A DNA stretch of 64,000 nucleotides from Candidatus Hydrogenedentota bacterium (lineage in GTDB: Bacteria; Hydrogenedentota; Hydrogenedentia; Hydrogenedentales; SLHB01): contig CAVUWV010000013.1 in NCBI GenBank assembly GCA_963745075.1, forward strand, positions 32,001-96,000, in the 5' to 3' direction. Both the position numbers and the translations under genes were made by a program. Numbering within the stretch: the first letter of the stretch is position 1; each line of letters opens with the position of its first letter. Shown in pieces: positions 51,396 through 61,748 of this stretch. Under the pieces are notes generated by a model that saw nothing but the letters and a program-made list of their open reading frames with translations, searched no databases and was not told where the DNA came from.

Positions 51396-52310
51396 ATGGA
51401 TACGGAGAAAGGGTTTACTCTCATTGAACTGCTGGTGGTAATTGCAATCATTGGAATCCTCGCGGCAATCTTGTTGCCCGCGTTGGCACGGGCCAGAGAA
51501 GCCGCACGGCGGGCAAGCTGTCAAAACAATCTGAAGCAGTGGGGCCTTGTTCTCAAAATGTTTTCCAACGAATCCGATGGGGAGCAATGGCCGGATAGCC
51601 AAGTTTGGGAAGAAACGCCCACGTACGAGGTGTGGCGTTTCGGGACCGGACCCAACGGTTGGGTGTTATATCCGGAGTATTTGACGGACTGGCAGATCGC
51701 CTTTTGTCCCTCCGACCCGGGGCGATGGCCGTGGGGACCCGATCAGAACCCGGAGAACGTCGACCCGATGGCGGACTGCATGAAACTCGAATCGGGGACG
51801 GGGTATCCCGAATTATTTTATCCCAAGGATGGTTCGGCCTGTGCGAACGGTCTGTTCCTAGATCTTGAGGGCGTCAGCTACGCCTACATGCCGAAATTGA
51901 TTCGTCCGGAGTGGACGGTAGACCCGGTTAATGTAGACGAATTGGCCACAGCGATTAACGACGCGCCGGCGAGCACATTGAATGCGGATATCGAAGTGAC
52001 GTTGACGAACTTTGGCGGCGTTACATTATCGCATCTCCGGGAAGGTATTGAACGGTATCTCATAACCGACATCAACAACCCGGCGGGGTCTGCAAAAGGG
52101 CAGAGCGAAGTTCCGGTCATGTGGGATTATGCGAGCGCATCGGATACCGGCGAAATCGACGAGACCGAATTCAACCACGTTCCCGGCGGCTCGAACATCC
52201 TGTATATGGACGGTCATGTTCAGTTCGCAAAGTACCCGACGGAAGACGGTTCGACGAAGTGGCCGCTAAGTAAGCCGATCGTTCTCGATTCCTGGTCTCC
52301 GGCCCATTAA
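51396..52310 (+). CDS. DUF1559 protein with prepilin-type N-terminus and H-X9-DG motif
   Basis: [14 protein letters not shown]...; [16 protein letters not shown]; paralog of 39791-40771. Confidence 0.93.
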   Translation: MDTEKGFTLIELLVVIAIIGILAAILLPALARAREAARRASCQNNLKQWGLVLKMFSNESDGEQWPDSQVWEETPTYEVWRFGTGPNGWVLYPEYLTDWQIAFCPSDPGRWPWGPDQNPENVDPMADCMKLESGTGYPELFYPKDGSACANGLFLDLEGVSYAYMPKLIRPEWTVDPVNVDELATAINDAPASTLNADIEVTLTNFGGVTLSHLREGIERYLITDINNPAGSAKGQSEVPVMWDYASASDTGEIDETEFNHVPGGSNILYMDGHVQFAKYPTEDGSTKWPLSKPIVLDSWSPAH

Positions 52311-52490
52311 GTTTCAGTTTCTGACCGAAACGGAACGACGACGAATTCGGTAGATCCGAGTGCATACCGGAATACGCATTGACTCGCTGCGATTTCGCAG
52401 CGAGTCAATGCGGCGGAGAGCTGCTCGATTCGGCTTACGTTGAAGTTCGTCTTACCTGAAACATGATCTGAATGCTCCATTCCGAGGTTT

Positions 52491-54821
52491 ATGAGTTTGC
52501 AAATTCCTGTTCTCGGCAACCTTGTTCGCGGGTGCCGTACGAGTCATTCGCAAAGCAGAGCGGTGCTGACAGCGCTGGTGCTACTGATAACGCTGCCTTC
52601 GTGTGATTGCGCGACAAAAGAAGCCCCACGCGCGTACCTTCAGGAATCCGATTGGCCCGCACAGTTCTTCCGGCTTGACGCCAACGCCAGTGCGGCAACC
52701 TTTCATGGGCCCCAACTCGATCGCGCTTCCTTTTCTGGAATGAAACTTGAGTTTGAACCAACGGATGCCGTCTCGTGGACGCCGGAACCCCCATCGTCAC
52801 AGTTTCGTCTGCAAGATGGAAACCTGCAATTTGAAAGCGATGGCGCTGGTGCGATTACGACAACCGGCTCGCTCCACCTACCAGCGGCAAAGATCCGCGC
52901 GATTATACTGAGAGCGCGGGTGAAGCATGCGGAGCGGCTTTCCGTAGGATGGCGAACCGAAATGGCGCCGCAATTCTTGCCGGAAAATTCAACCGAACTT
53001 CCAATGACGGAGCCCGGCAGCTGGAAAACCTACGTGATTGTCCTCAGTCAAATTCCGGCATGGGAGAAGCATGGGGTCTATCTCGAAGGTCTGCGAATTC
53101 ACGCCAAGGAGTCGTCGTATGTGGAACTGGCGTTTTTGAAACTCGTTCCCGACGACCTCGAATCGACGAAGGAGCCGTTCGGCAGCGCGCGGCGTTCAAA
53201 GCAGAATGAGGATCGGCCGTGTATTTTCCTTAGAACTCCCGGCGAACTCATATTTCCGCTCAGACTTTTTCCGGTAGCTCGATTTTCCGCCGGTCTCAGC
53301 CTCGTCGATCCGGAACCGGCTGTCACCTGCAGCGTCATTGTGGAGAGCGGAAGTCAGACAAATACCGTATTCGAGACACGCTTGGAAACGTCCACAAATT
53401 GGCAGGACGTAAATTGTGATCTGAGGTCCGCGAACGAGGGTTCAGGAACGATCGTTCTGCGCGTCAATTCTCCAAACGGCGTCAACACGGTTCTCTGGAG
53501 CAACCCGATCGTGTACCAGCCCCTGGACCCTCGAAGGACCGGCGCACGCATCGAAGAGGTTCATCACAGCGGGAAATCGCTGCGGCCCAACATCGTCTGG
53601 TACGTGATCGATGCGTTGCGTCCTGACCATTTGGAGGCGTATGGCTATGACCGGGTGACCGCTCCGACGATTGCCCGTCTGGCCTCGGAAGGGCTGCTTT
53701 TTACGCGATGTTTCGCCCCGGGAACGTGGAGCCTGCCATCGGTGACGAGCATGCTGTCCGGCGCCAGCCCGCTCACGCACGGCGTCTGTCATGCGATATC
53801 GGAGTCGGTGCCGGACGATCTGCCTCTACTTGCCGAATCGCTTCGGGACGCGGGCTATGCAACGGCCAGCATCAGCGAAAACCCTCATGCAGCACCGAAG
53901 GCCGGTTTGGGTAGGGGCCTTAGCAGCGCCGAACAGAGTTACCGCCAAGTGGCATTGCGAGGGCAACGTCGCTTCGCGAAGGCCGTCGCATTGAGCGATG
54001 CCACGTTCGACGCCTCGGCCGATTTCGTGCGTAAAAACGCCGACCGCCCTTTCTTCCTCTTTGTACATACCGTGGAACCTCATGAGCCGTACGCCAGTCC
54101 GGCGATGTATCGGCAATTCTCCAAAGCGTCTCAGAATTCGGATACGCCGCGGATTGACAGTTATGACGACTGCATACGGTGGGCCGATGCAAACCTGAAC
54201 CGGTTCATAGCGATGCTGGGTGAACTGGGCGTTGACCAAAACACGTTATTGATCGTTTGTGCGGATCACGGTGAGGGCTTCACCGAACAGGAGGGGGGAA
54301 CCGGGCACTCCGGGAAACCGTACTTTGCCCGCATTCACGTCCCGCTGATTATCCACTGGCCCGGCAACGTCAAACCCGGAAGCGTCGTGGATTCGAACGT
54401 CCAGCTAATTGACCTTCCGGCCACATTACTCGACGTGATTGGGTGTTCTCGACCGCCGTCATTCGAAGGGGTGAGCCTTAAACCGCTGTTCGCCGGAGCG
54501 GAAGCCACTTTTCTTGAATCGCGTGGGAATTTCTCTATCGGCCATGACCCCGCGCAAATGGCGTGGGTTCACGGCGACCGACTGTACCTGAAGACGCCCG
54601 ACCAGCGGACACTCTTTAACCTGTCCGCGGATCCACACGCGCCAATGGAGGAAGGGCAGGAGGTAACTGAAGCGATGCGGCGCCTGGATGCGAATCTCAG
54701 AGACTACTTGGCGCATCATGCTGCGGCTTCCGATCGGGTGAAGCAGATCGGCACCGAAGACGAAGTCGTTGTGGACGCCGTAGAGCAAGATCGACTCCGG
54801 GCGCTGGGGTATGCGGGTTGA
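52491..54821 (+). CDS. sulfatase-like hydrolase with an extended N-terminal region
   Basis: PNIVWYVIDALRPDHL, WSLPS, EPHEPY, ADHGE, HVPLII, terminal LRALGY. Confidence 0.85.
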   Translation: MSLQIPVLGNLVRGCRTSHSQSRAVLTALVLLITLPSCDCATKEAPRAYLQESDWPAQFFRLDANASAATFHGPQLDRASFSGMKLEFEPTDAVSWTPEPPSSQFRLQDGNLQFESDGAGAITTTGSLHLPAAKIRAIILRARVKHAERLSVGWRTEMAPQFLPENSTELPMTEPGSWKTYVIVLSQIPAWEKHGVYLEGLRIHAKESSYVELAFLKLVPDDLESTKEPFGSARRSKQNEDRPCIFLRTPGELIFPLRLFPVARFSAGLSLVDPEPAVTCSVIVESGSQTNTVFETRLETSTNWQDVNCDLRSANEGSGTIVLRVNSPNGVNTVLWSNPIVYQPLDPRRTGARIEEVHHSGKSLRPNIVWYVIDALRPDHLEAYGYDRVTAPTIARLASEGLLFTRCFAPGTWSLPSVTSMLSGASPLTHGVCHAISESVPDDLPLLAESLRDAGYATASISENPHAAPKAGLGRGLSSAEQSYRQVALRGQRRFAKAVALSDATFDASADFVRKNADRPFFLFVHTVEPHEPYASPAMYRQFSKASQNSDTPRIDSYDDCIRWADANLNRFIAMLGELGVDQNTLLIVCADHGEGFTEQEGGTGHSGKPYFARIHVPLIIHWPGNVKPGSVVDSNVQLIDLPATLLDVIGCSRPPSFEGVSLKPLFAGAEATFLESRGNFSIGHDPAQMAWVHGDRLYLKTPDQRTLFNLSADPHAPMEEGQEVTEAMRRLDANLRDYLAHHAAASDRVKQIGTEDEVVVDAVEQDRLRALGYAG

Positions 54822-55070
54822 ATCAACTCCTCCCCGCTCTGGCTGGACCGAATGAACCTGCCGCGGAACGGGCATATGGAATAGGAAGCGTGCATTGATA
54901 TGGATAGCCGATGTCTTTGCCAACTGGAAGTGGCGGCCCCAGGGCGTGCATTCCGGCGATGCAAACGACGTGGCCACCTGGTCTTTGGTTACTTGCGGTG
55001 ATGTGGAAATCAGGGACATTAGTGAAATGAATTTCGTGCGTTTTTCCCCGAAAGTACGAGTGGCCTCAAA

Positions 55071-56549
55071 ATGACATCGAACGAACGGCCAACATCTCCA
55101 ATGCCGTTGTGGCGTTTCGGAACGACGGTTCGAACGGTCGGCATAATCTCCGGTGTCGCGATTGCGTTGATTCTTCTATTCGGTTCCGTGCGCACTATCC
55201 CGATCTACCGTGCAGTCGACGTTGGTGAACCTGCGGGAACCCTCCTGCCGCAGCGTAAACCTTCGGCTATCGTCATTTACGTGATCGATGCGCTCCGGCC
55301 GGACCACTTGGGTGTTTACGGGTACGGGCGCGATACCGCACCGGAAATCACGAAGCTGGCTCGTGACGGAGCGGTATTTACGCATTGCTTTTCGAACACC
55401 ACGTGGACGCTGGAATCCGTCCGTGGGCTGTTTGTCGGGATGCCCGGTGCTATGTATTCTCGATCGAGGCACAGTTGTGCAACCCCAGACTTCATTGACC
55501 TCCTTCCGGAGTATTTCGAGAAGGCCGGTTGGACTACGGGATTGGTCACGGAGAACGTGCACGTCACGGAAACATACGGCCTGGCGCAGGGGTTTGACTA
55601 CGTAGGGGATTCTTCGGAATACCTCGGGACTTCAGAGAACATTGCCGACAACGTGCTGAAGATGGCCGATGCCACGGAGGGCTCGCTGCGGTCATTTGTC
55701 CGACAGAACCGCGAGCACCATTTCTTCTTGTACGTGCACACCATGGAAACCCACGGACCGCTCGTCATTCCGGAATCGATAGAAACGTTCTATCCCGCCG
55801 GTTCAACTCCGCAGGAGAATCTTGTCGATTGGTACGACACCGCCGTTCGATGGGCGGATCAGCGTCTTGGTACGTTCGTCGAGCTACTGAAGGACGAAGG
55901 CATCTTCGAAAATACGTTGTTGATAGTGACCGCCGACCACGGCGAATCATTGGTACCGGGCAAAGCCAGCGGCACCCATCGGGGCCCACCCCTTTTTGAG
56001 CGGGTGCACATTCCTCTCATCGTCTCCTGGCCGAATCGTATCGATTCCAAATCAGTCTTTTCCCAGAACGTGCAATTCATGGACATCGGACCAACGGTTC
56101 TCGAGGCTGTCGGGATACCACGCGCGAAGCAGTTTCAGGCACACAGTCTTGTGCACCTTTTAACGCAAGGTCTGGATGAGTCGCTCGCCGGTCGGCCAAT
56201 ATTTACGGTCGGGCAGTACATGAACGGATGGGGCGTCCTGCAAGACGATTCGTATTTGTATTCCGTGAAGGGATCCAGGCGTTTGATTAATGTGAACGAG
56301 AATTCGACGGTCGATGACCAGACGGGCGGGAATGAAGCGGTGGTGCGGGAACTGAGCGGAATCGCTAACGACTACTTCTCGGCGCAGCGCCGGCACTACG
56401 TGGATTTCGAGTCTTCCCGGAATCGATCGCTGCTCGGTTCACTGGGATCCGCTTTCGGATGGGGATCGACCGGCTCCGAAGCGGAGAAGGCACCGGAATT
56501 GAGTAAAGAGCAGGTCCGGGCGCTCAAAGCGCTTGGGTACCTTGACTGA
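55071..56549 (+). CDS. sulfatase-like hydrolase, membrane-anchored
   Basis: VIDALRPDHL, WTLES, TADHGE, HIPLIV, terminal LKALGY. Confidence 0.85.
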   Translation: MTSNERPTSPMPLWRFGTTVRTVGIISGVAIALILLFGSVRTIPIYRAVDVGEPAGTLLPQRKPSAIVIYVIDALRPDHLGVYGYGRDTAPEITKLARDGAVFTHCFSNTTWTLESVRGLFVGMPGAMYSRSRHSCATPDFIDLLPEYFEKAGWTTGLVTENVHVTETYGLAQGFDYVGDSSEYLGTSENIADNVLKMADATEGSLRSFVRQNREHHFFLYVHTMETHGPLVIPESIETFYPAGSTPQENLVDWYDTAVRWADQRLGTFVELLKDEGIFENTLLIVTADHGESLVPGKASGTHRGPPLFERVHIPLIVSWPNRIDSKSVFSQNVQFMDIGPTVLEAVGIPRAKQFQAHSLVHLLTQGLDESLAGRPIFTVGQYMNGWGVLQDDSYLYSVKGSRRLINVNENSTVDDQTGGNEAVVRELSGIANDYFSAQRRHYVDFESSRNRSLLGSLGSAFGWGSTGSEAEKAPELSKEQVRALKALGYLD

Positions 56550-56647
56550 ATGGGAACAAGCCATGGGCGGATGGAGTCTAAAACGAGGTTATTGGTGTGC
56601 CGTGGATACGGCTTACCTTTGCAGTAAAACGGGAGAGGGAATTGAGA

Positions 56648-58138
56648 ATGAATAAGACTTGTCTGTCGTGCGTCGCTACCGTTTGTATCACAGCTTTCCT
56701 TATGGCGCCTTCGGCCTCGCCGGAGGATCTTCCGGCGCTTACCGTTCGCGGCAAGAATATCGTGGATGCCCATGGAACTGTCGTATCCATGCGCGGCATC
56801 AATTTCGGGGGGTGGCTGATGATGGAAACCTGGATTCCAAGTATCGAAATGGAATGGCACGACCGTCTGCCGAAAATGGCGGAGGAAGCGGGTATTCTCG
56901 AGGAACTGGAAGAATCCCTCGAAGCGGTCGGCGAGTTCAACGATGACGAACAGAGCGTGCACGACTACATCAAAAACCTTCATACGGACCTCCGAGACCG
57001 CGTTTCGGGAGACCAGTACGCCAAATACATCGCACTCTTCGAAGAGGAACCCCCCGTGTACGCGGCAAATGAAATGGACGCAATACTTCGCGAACGTTTC
57101 GGTGACTTTGGGGCGGCTCGCTTTTGGAACGCATACCACGACACGTGGATTACGGAAGCAGACTTCCAGATCGCCAAAGCCGTGGGCTTCAATTTTGTAC
57201 GCATCCCATTCTGGTATCGGTGGTTTGAGAGCGACGATAATCCATACGTTTACAACGAGTATGGTTTCCACTACCTCGACAACGCTATCGCTTGGGCCAA
57301 GGACCATGGCCTCTATGTCATGCTCGACTTTCATGGAGCCGTCGGCGGGCAGAGCCCTTGGGACCATACGGGTGAATTGAGTCGCGCCGAGTTTTTCAAA
57401 AACAGTGAATTCCAGAAGCGGACGGCAGCGCTGTGGAAAGCCATTGCCGCGCGCTATGCCCACGAATCCACGGTTTGGGCCTACGATGCCCTGAACGAGC
57501 CGTTCAGCGCGAAAGGCCTCAAAGACTGGTCTGAAGCACACGACCGAATCTACGACGCGATTCGGGAAGTAGATTCCGACACGATTATCGTCATGGAAGA
57601 TGGCTACAAACTCGAATTCGAAGCGTGGATGCACACCGGCTTCTTCCCCAAACCCGAGGATATGGGGTGGAAGAATGTCGTCTACTCGTTCCACTTCTAT
57701 TCCGGCGCGGACCCGCTATTTGCCGACGAGGAAGGTCTTGCCGATCATGCGAAGCGGGCTGAAGAGGTCAAGCGAGTTGGGACCATGGAACAAGAGCGGT
57801 GCGGCGTTCCGATCTACATCGGTGAATTCAGCACGATGGGTGACACCCCCAACGATATTGAAGGCATGCAGTTGTTTTTGACCATGTTCAATAAGTTGGG
57901 GTGGCACTGGTCTCCGTGGACTTGGAAATACGTGGACGACGACAACGAAGGAACCATCTGGGGCCTATATCAGTACGCCCACCCCTGGCCTCGGACGCCC
58001 AACATTCATCGGGATTCATTGGAATCACTCCTTGAAGTCGTGGACCGCTACAAGTTAGAGGACTTTAAGATTATGGAGCCGTACGGCGTGGTCCTACGCG
58101 AGTGCCTGAACCAACCGGTTGCAGACGCCGGCAATTGA
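56648..58138 (+). CDS. glycoside hydrolase family 5
   Basis: GINFGGWLMME, NFVRIP, LDFHG, LNEP (acid/base), FHFY, IGEFS (nucleophile), WTWK. Confidence 0.92.
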   Translation: MNKTCLSCVATVCITAFLMAPSASPEDLPALTVRGKNIVDAHGTVVSMRGINFGGWLMMETWIPSIEMEWHDRLPKMAEEAGILEELEESLEAVGEFNDDEQSVHDYIKNLHTDLRDRVSGDQYAKYIALFEEEPPVYAANEMDAILRERFGDFGAARFWNAYHDTWITEADFQIAKAVGFNFVRIPFWYRWFESDDNPYVYNEYGFHYLDNAIAWAKDHGLYVMLDFHGAVGGQSPWDHTGELSRAEFFKNSEFQKRTAALWKAIAARYAHESTVWAYDALNEPFSAKGLKDWSEAHDRIYDAIREVDSDTIIVMEDGYKLEFEAWMHTGFFPKPEDMGWKNVVYSFHFYSGADPLFADEEGLADHAKRAEEVKRVGTMEQERCGVPIYIGEFSTMGDTPNDIEGMQLFLTMFNKLGWHWSPWTWKYVDDDNEGTIWGLYQYAHPWPRTPNIHRDSLESLLEVVDRYKLEDFKIMEPYGVVLRECLNQPVADAGN

Positions 58139-58659
58139 TTCAGGGTCGGCAAGGGTACCCGGAGTCTGACGACTGCGTAGTAAATGGGGCAGGCTTCACT
58201 ACCGTCACGATCGGGGTTGGAATCATGATCGTGGTGGAAGCGTTCCGGGGCCGAACGAGCCGCTCGATAAAACTCAGCATGTCGTGAAAGGTTGGTCGCA
58301 AAAATCCCCCACGTTGCCGAAACTTCAGTCGGCCTATCCCTCCATGGCGAGATTTCGGCAACCCGGGTCGCCCTGGGTCCTGGCAAGAAAGCAGCGCAAA
58401 TACGTTCACTCAGGCTGGTACATAAACTGGGGGCAGGTCAGGTGAGCGCGATGAGGTATGCGAAAGAGGGGGGGCGACCTCGACACGAAGTCCCAACCTG
58501 CTGCAATTCTCTATCGAAGAGGTATCGGCGCCTGCATTTTGACCACCATTACGTGAACGGTTCAAACCGGATTTCGATGCTTCTTGGAGCCGGCTTGATA
58601 CCGGACGGAGTATTCGAGGTGGGACTTGATGCTGCCTTGAATTCGAAAGGTAAGAAAAT

Positions 58660-58694
58660 AGGCCAAGAGCCCGAAAAATGTGTGCTCTTGGCCT
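58660..58694 (-). terminator. intrinsic terminator after tRNA-Asp
   Basis: AGGCCAAGAGC...GCTCTTGGCCT stem followed by ATTTTCTT on the minus strand. Confidence 0.7.
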
Positions 58695-58707
58695 TTAATC
58701 ATTTACA

Positions 58708-58784
58708 TGGCGGGGACGACGAGACTCGAACTCGCGACCTCTGCCGTGACAGGGCAGCGTTCTAACCAACTGAACTACGCCCCC
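58708..58784 (-). tRNA. tRNA-Asp(GTC)
   Basis: Reverse complement reads GGGGGCGTAGTTCAG...CTGCC-CT-GTC-AC-GGCAG...CCA. Confidence 0.97.
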
Positions 58785-58835
58785 GCGTATCTTGGCGTTG
58801 CCGGAGACCAAATCCGGGTCCAGCAACGAGGCGAA

Positions 58836-58865
58836 ACTATAGCATTCGCAGATCGGCCTTGTCAA
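58836..58865 (-). promoter_or_regulatory. sigma70 promoter of tRNA-Asp
   Basis: TTGACA-18 bp-TATAGT with a TG extension on the minus strand. Confidence 0.7.
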
Positions 58866-59325
58866 TTTGTGGGTGTTGTCTTTCACGGGTGTGAGGTGAC
58901 ACCGGGCCGTAAATCCAAAGCATTCGTTCGCGGTTCCCAAAAACGATGCGTACCGTGACGTGCCGCAGGGCCGTTTGCGCTTGAACCGGAAGTCGTAGGC
59001 CGGGGACCACCGTGCAAACGGCCACACCTACGGTGCGATCGCGCGTGGGCCTCGCGCCCGGAACTTGTCACGCGGAGTTGGGTCGCCGTGCTTGATTTTG
59101 GATCCAGCGATGGCGCGTATTTCGACGGTGGGACGAGGAATTCCACTCCAGTTTGTCCAACTGTTTCCGGGAGATCGAATGATCGAAATTTTGTTCTAAA
59201 AGACGATTGTATGTAGTCATACCGTGTACGTCTTGGCATCTTTACCGGATATCATATCACGGCTTAATCGAATTCTTGTTTCCGTAATTAACGTAGGTAT
59301 AACTCGTATTATTTAGTTATAGCGC

Positions 59326-59366
59326 AATAACATGTTATTTTATAACATGTTACAGCCATGTAACAT
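59326..59366. promoter_or_regulatory. cluster of palindromic operator-like sites
   Basis: TAACATGTTA x2 (59328 and 59343) plus overlapping TGTTACA-GCCA-TGTAACA in an AT-rich tract. Confidence 0.5.
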
Positions 59367-59445
59367 CTACTCGGCCTCGTTGTAGTATTTCCCGGGACCC
59401 AAGCGGCAAGGCTGGAATCTGTTCCGGTCAAGAAAAGGAGGATGT

Positions 59446-59568
59446 ATGGATATCACTGCCCTGTTGGAACAAATCTTCGCGTTCATCTTGCAGCTTCTCG
59501 AACTCGTCTTTAATTTTGCCGGTGGTTCAAGCGGCAATGAAAACGAGGATGAGAGCAGCGACAGTTAG
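59446..59568 (+). CDS. 40-aa amphipathic peptide with acidic tail (MDITALLEQIFAFILQLLELVFNFAGGSSGNENEDESSDS)
   Basis: Perfect AAGGAGG SD; own upstream operator-like region and downstream hairpin. Confidence 0.65.
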   Translation: MDITALLEQIFAFILQLLELVFNFAGGSSGNENEDESSDS

Positions 59569-59600
59569 TGCTCCGTTTGGCAGTAGCCGGTTTCGAATTT

Positions 59601-59635
59601 GAGGGAGCCTTTTCCATGCTGGAAAAGGCTCCCTC
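59601..59635 (+). terminator. terminator-like hairpin after the small peptide gene
   Basis: GAGGGAGCCTTTTCCA-TGC-TGGAAAAGGCTCCCTC perfect 16-bp stem. Confidence 0.65.
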
Positions 59636-59727
59636 TATTCTCGTTGGCCGTATCGCGCCCGGAATTTGCGCCTGCCTTCGCTCCTCGGCTATGGTTTCGC
59701 CGGTGACTGGGTCAGGAAGCACGAAAA

Positions 59728-60684
59728 ATGCAGTACACGACCGACACGAATTATGGGTACTTCAAGCGGCGCGGTGTCGTCTACGCCCACGCGGACGGGC
59801 GACCCATGAAGATGACGCTCTACATTCCGGAAGACGGCGAGCGCCGGCAACGGCCTGGAATGGTTCTGATTCACGGGGGAGCGTGGATTCTGGGAACGCG
59901 GTACCAGCAGGCTTGGTACTGTCGGCAGTTCGCCCGCGCTGGATTTGTCGTCATGACCATCGACTACCGTCTGATGCCGCGCTTCGCTTTTCCCAAGTGT
60001 TTATACGACAGCAAGGCGGCCGTGCGGTGGCTGCGATTGAACGCGGAGGAGCTTCGCATCGATCCCGACCGCATCGTGACGTTCGGCGCTTCGGCAGGGG
60101 GGCATTTGGCCGCATTGTTGGCTACGACCGCGCCTGAGGACGGTTTGGAAGGGTCCGAGAATGCGGGGCCATCGTCATCCGTTCGCGCGGCCATAAGCCT
60201 TTATGGCGCCGTCGATCTCACCTGCTACCGCGACCACCCGTTGCACGGGCCCCTCAGCGGGATAGCGCGCAAGCTGATGTTGGATTTTATCGGACGCGAG
60301 AACGTGGCGCCTGCCGGTACGACCTGGGAAGCCGCTTCTCCCATAACCTACGCGCGACCGGATACCGCGCCGATCATGTTCGTCCACGGAAAGACGGACA
60401 AGTTGGTCCATTTTGAACAATCCCGCCGGTTTTACGAGCGATTGCGTGAAATGGGAGTCCCCACACGCCTAATAGCGCTTCCCCGTCGTGGCCACGGATT
60501 TGACTACGTTCACGTCCGCCAGCGTCGGGCAATCTTCGATGACATGCTCGTATTTCTTCGCGAGCATATGGAACATTCGAGCGCGGACGCGGGGACACCG
60601 CGCGACGACCAGGCATTGGCGGCAGTACCCCGTGACGGTCGTGATCCGCAGGAGTCGCAAGGAGGGGAGCGTGGCGCCGTTTGA
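59728..60684 (+). CDS. alpha/beta hydrolase (HSL-type esterase)
   Basis: IHGGAW, DYRL, GASAGG nucleophile, HGKTD, GHGF. Confidence 0.92.
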   Translation: MQYTTDTNYGYFKRRGVVYAHADGRPMKMTLYIPEDGERRQRPGMVLIHGGAWILGTRYQQAWYCRQFARAGFVVMTIDYRLMPRFAFPKCLYDSKAAVRWLRLNAEELRIDPDRIVTFGASAGGHLAALLATTAPEDGLEGSENAGPSSSVRAAISLYGAVDLTCYRDHPLHGPLSGIARKLMLDFIGRENVAPAGTTWEAASPITYARPDTAPIMFVHGKTDKLVHFEQSRRFYERLREMGVPTRLIALPRRGHGFDYVHVRQRRAIFDDMLVFLREHMEHSSADAGTPRDDQALAAVPRDGRDPQESQGGERGAV

Positions 60685-61456
60685 TTTGTGGGTGGATTAC
60701 TACGACGTTTTGCAGAAAGGTATTGAGGGGGACGTAGAATTCTACGTGGCCCAGGCGCTACGGGCGGACGGGCGGACGCTCGAACTTGGCTGCGGCACGG
60801 GACGCATCTGCATTCCCATGGCCATGTCGGGTGTGGACGTTGTAGGGTTGGACCATTCCCCGGCCATGCTCCAACGATGCCGAGAAAAGTACGATGCGGC
60901 GGGTCCCACGACCGGACACTTGGAATTGGTTGAAGCGGATATGGGCGACTTCTCGCTCGATCGGAAATTCGCTTTCATCGCGATGCCGTACCGCACCTTC
61001 ATGCACTTGTTGGAACCTGTCGAGCAACAGGAATGTCTTCGCGCCGTCCGCCGCCACCTGGCTCCCGGCGGACTATTCGTCCTCAATACCTGGGCGGCCC
61101 GGCCTTCCACTATCGCACCGCACCTTGGTCCCCAAAAAGGCATGTTGCGGCTCGTGGACAAGTACCGGGACCCGGCAGAGGGGAACGGATTGTTGCACTA
61201 TTGCGCATCGACCTACGACGAATGGAGCCAGTTGTTTCGCGAAGACCACATCTTTCACGAAATGGACCCGATGGGGGCCATACTTCGGATGACTTCGCTC
61301 GAAATGGTGCGTGCCTGGACCACACCCCGCGAGATGGAATTCCTCGTTCAGCTTTGCGGCTTTGAAGTCGACGCCGTATTCGGAGACTTCTCGTGCGCAC
61401 CTTTCACCCGCGGCAGCACGGAAATGATCTGGGCGCTACGTGCATCCGAAGGATAA
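60671..61456 (+). CDS. class I SAM-dependent methyltransferase
   Basis: LELGCGTGR, GLDHSPAML, ADM, HLAPGG; GTG start after GGAGGGGAG. Confidence 0.9.
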   Translation: MAPFDLWVDYYDVLQKGIEGDVEFYVAQALRADGRTLELGCGTGRICIPMAMSGVDVVGLDHSPAMLQRCREKYDAAGPTTGHLELVEADMGDFSLDRKFAFIAMPYRTFMHLLEPVEQQECLRAVRRHLAPGGLFVLNTWAARPSTIAPHLGPQKGMLRLVDKYRDPAEGNGLLHYCASTYDEWSQLFREDHIFHEMDPMGAILRMTSLEMVRAWTTPREMEFLVQLCGFEVDAVFGDFSCAPFTRGSTEMIWALRASEG

Positions 61457-61478
61457 CCGGCGTAGGCACGACCCGGCG

Positions 61479-61748
61479 TTACCAAATCTCGAAGTCGTGG
61501 TAACCGGCCCCTTCTTCGAGCCATTCCTCGACCACGCCATCCACTCTGGCGAAGGCCGGTCCTTCGTTGCACCACGCCAGCATGGCTTCGAGTGAAGTGC
61601 GCGGACCCTCGAACTCCGCCTCGACCGAACCGTCCACCCGGTTCCGAACCCAGCCGGTCAACTCCAACGACTGGGCCTGCCGGTAGGTGGCGAAGCGAAA
61701 CCCCACGCCCTGCACGCGCCCGCCGATCTGAACGCGGAGCCGCGGCAT
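61479..61748 (-). CDS. acyP: acylphosphatase
   Basis: GRVQGVGFR and GWVRN..DGSVE signatures. Confidence 0.93.
   Translation of the reverse strand: MPRLRVQIGGRVQGVGFRFATYRQAQSLELTGWVRNRVDGSVEAEFEGPRTSLEAMLAWCNEGPAFARVDGVVEEWLEEGAGYHDFEIW

Noticed and set aside
58313..58362. GTTGCCGAAA...TTTCGGCAAC stem as an ncRNA or riboswitch
   Set aside because: A single 10-bp stem with no further family consensus; cannot be supported without a covariance search.
47550..58707. Genomic island integrated at tRNA-Asp
   Set aside because: No duplicate of the tRNA 3' end and no integrase seen in the window.
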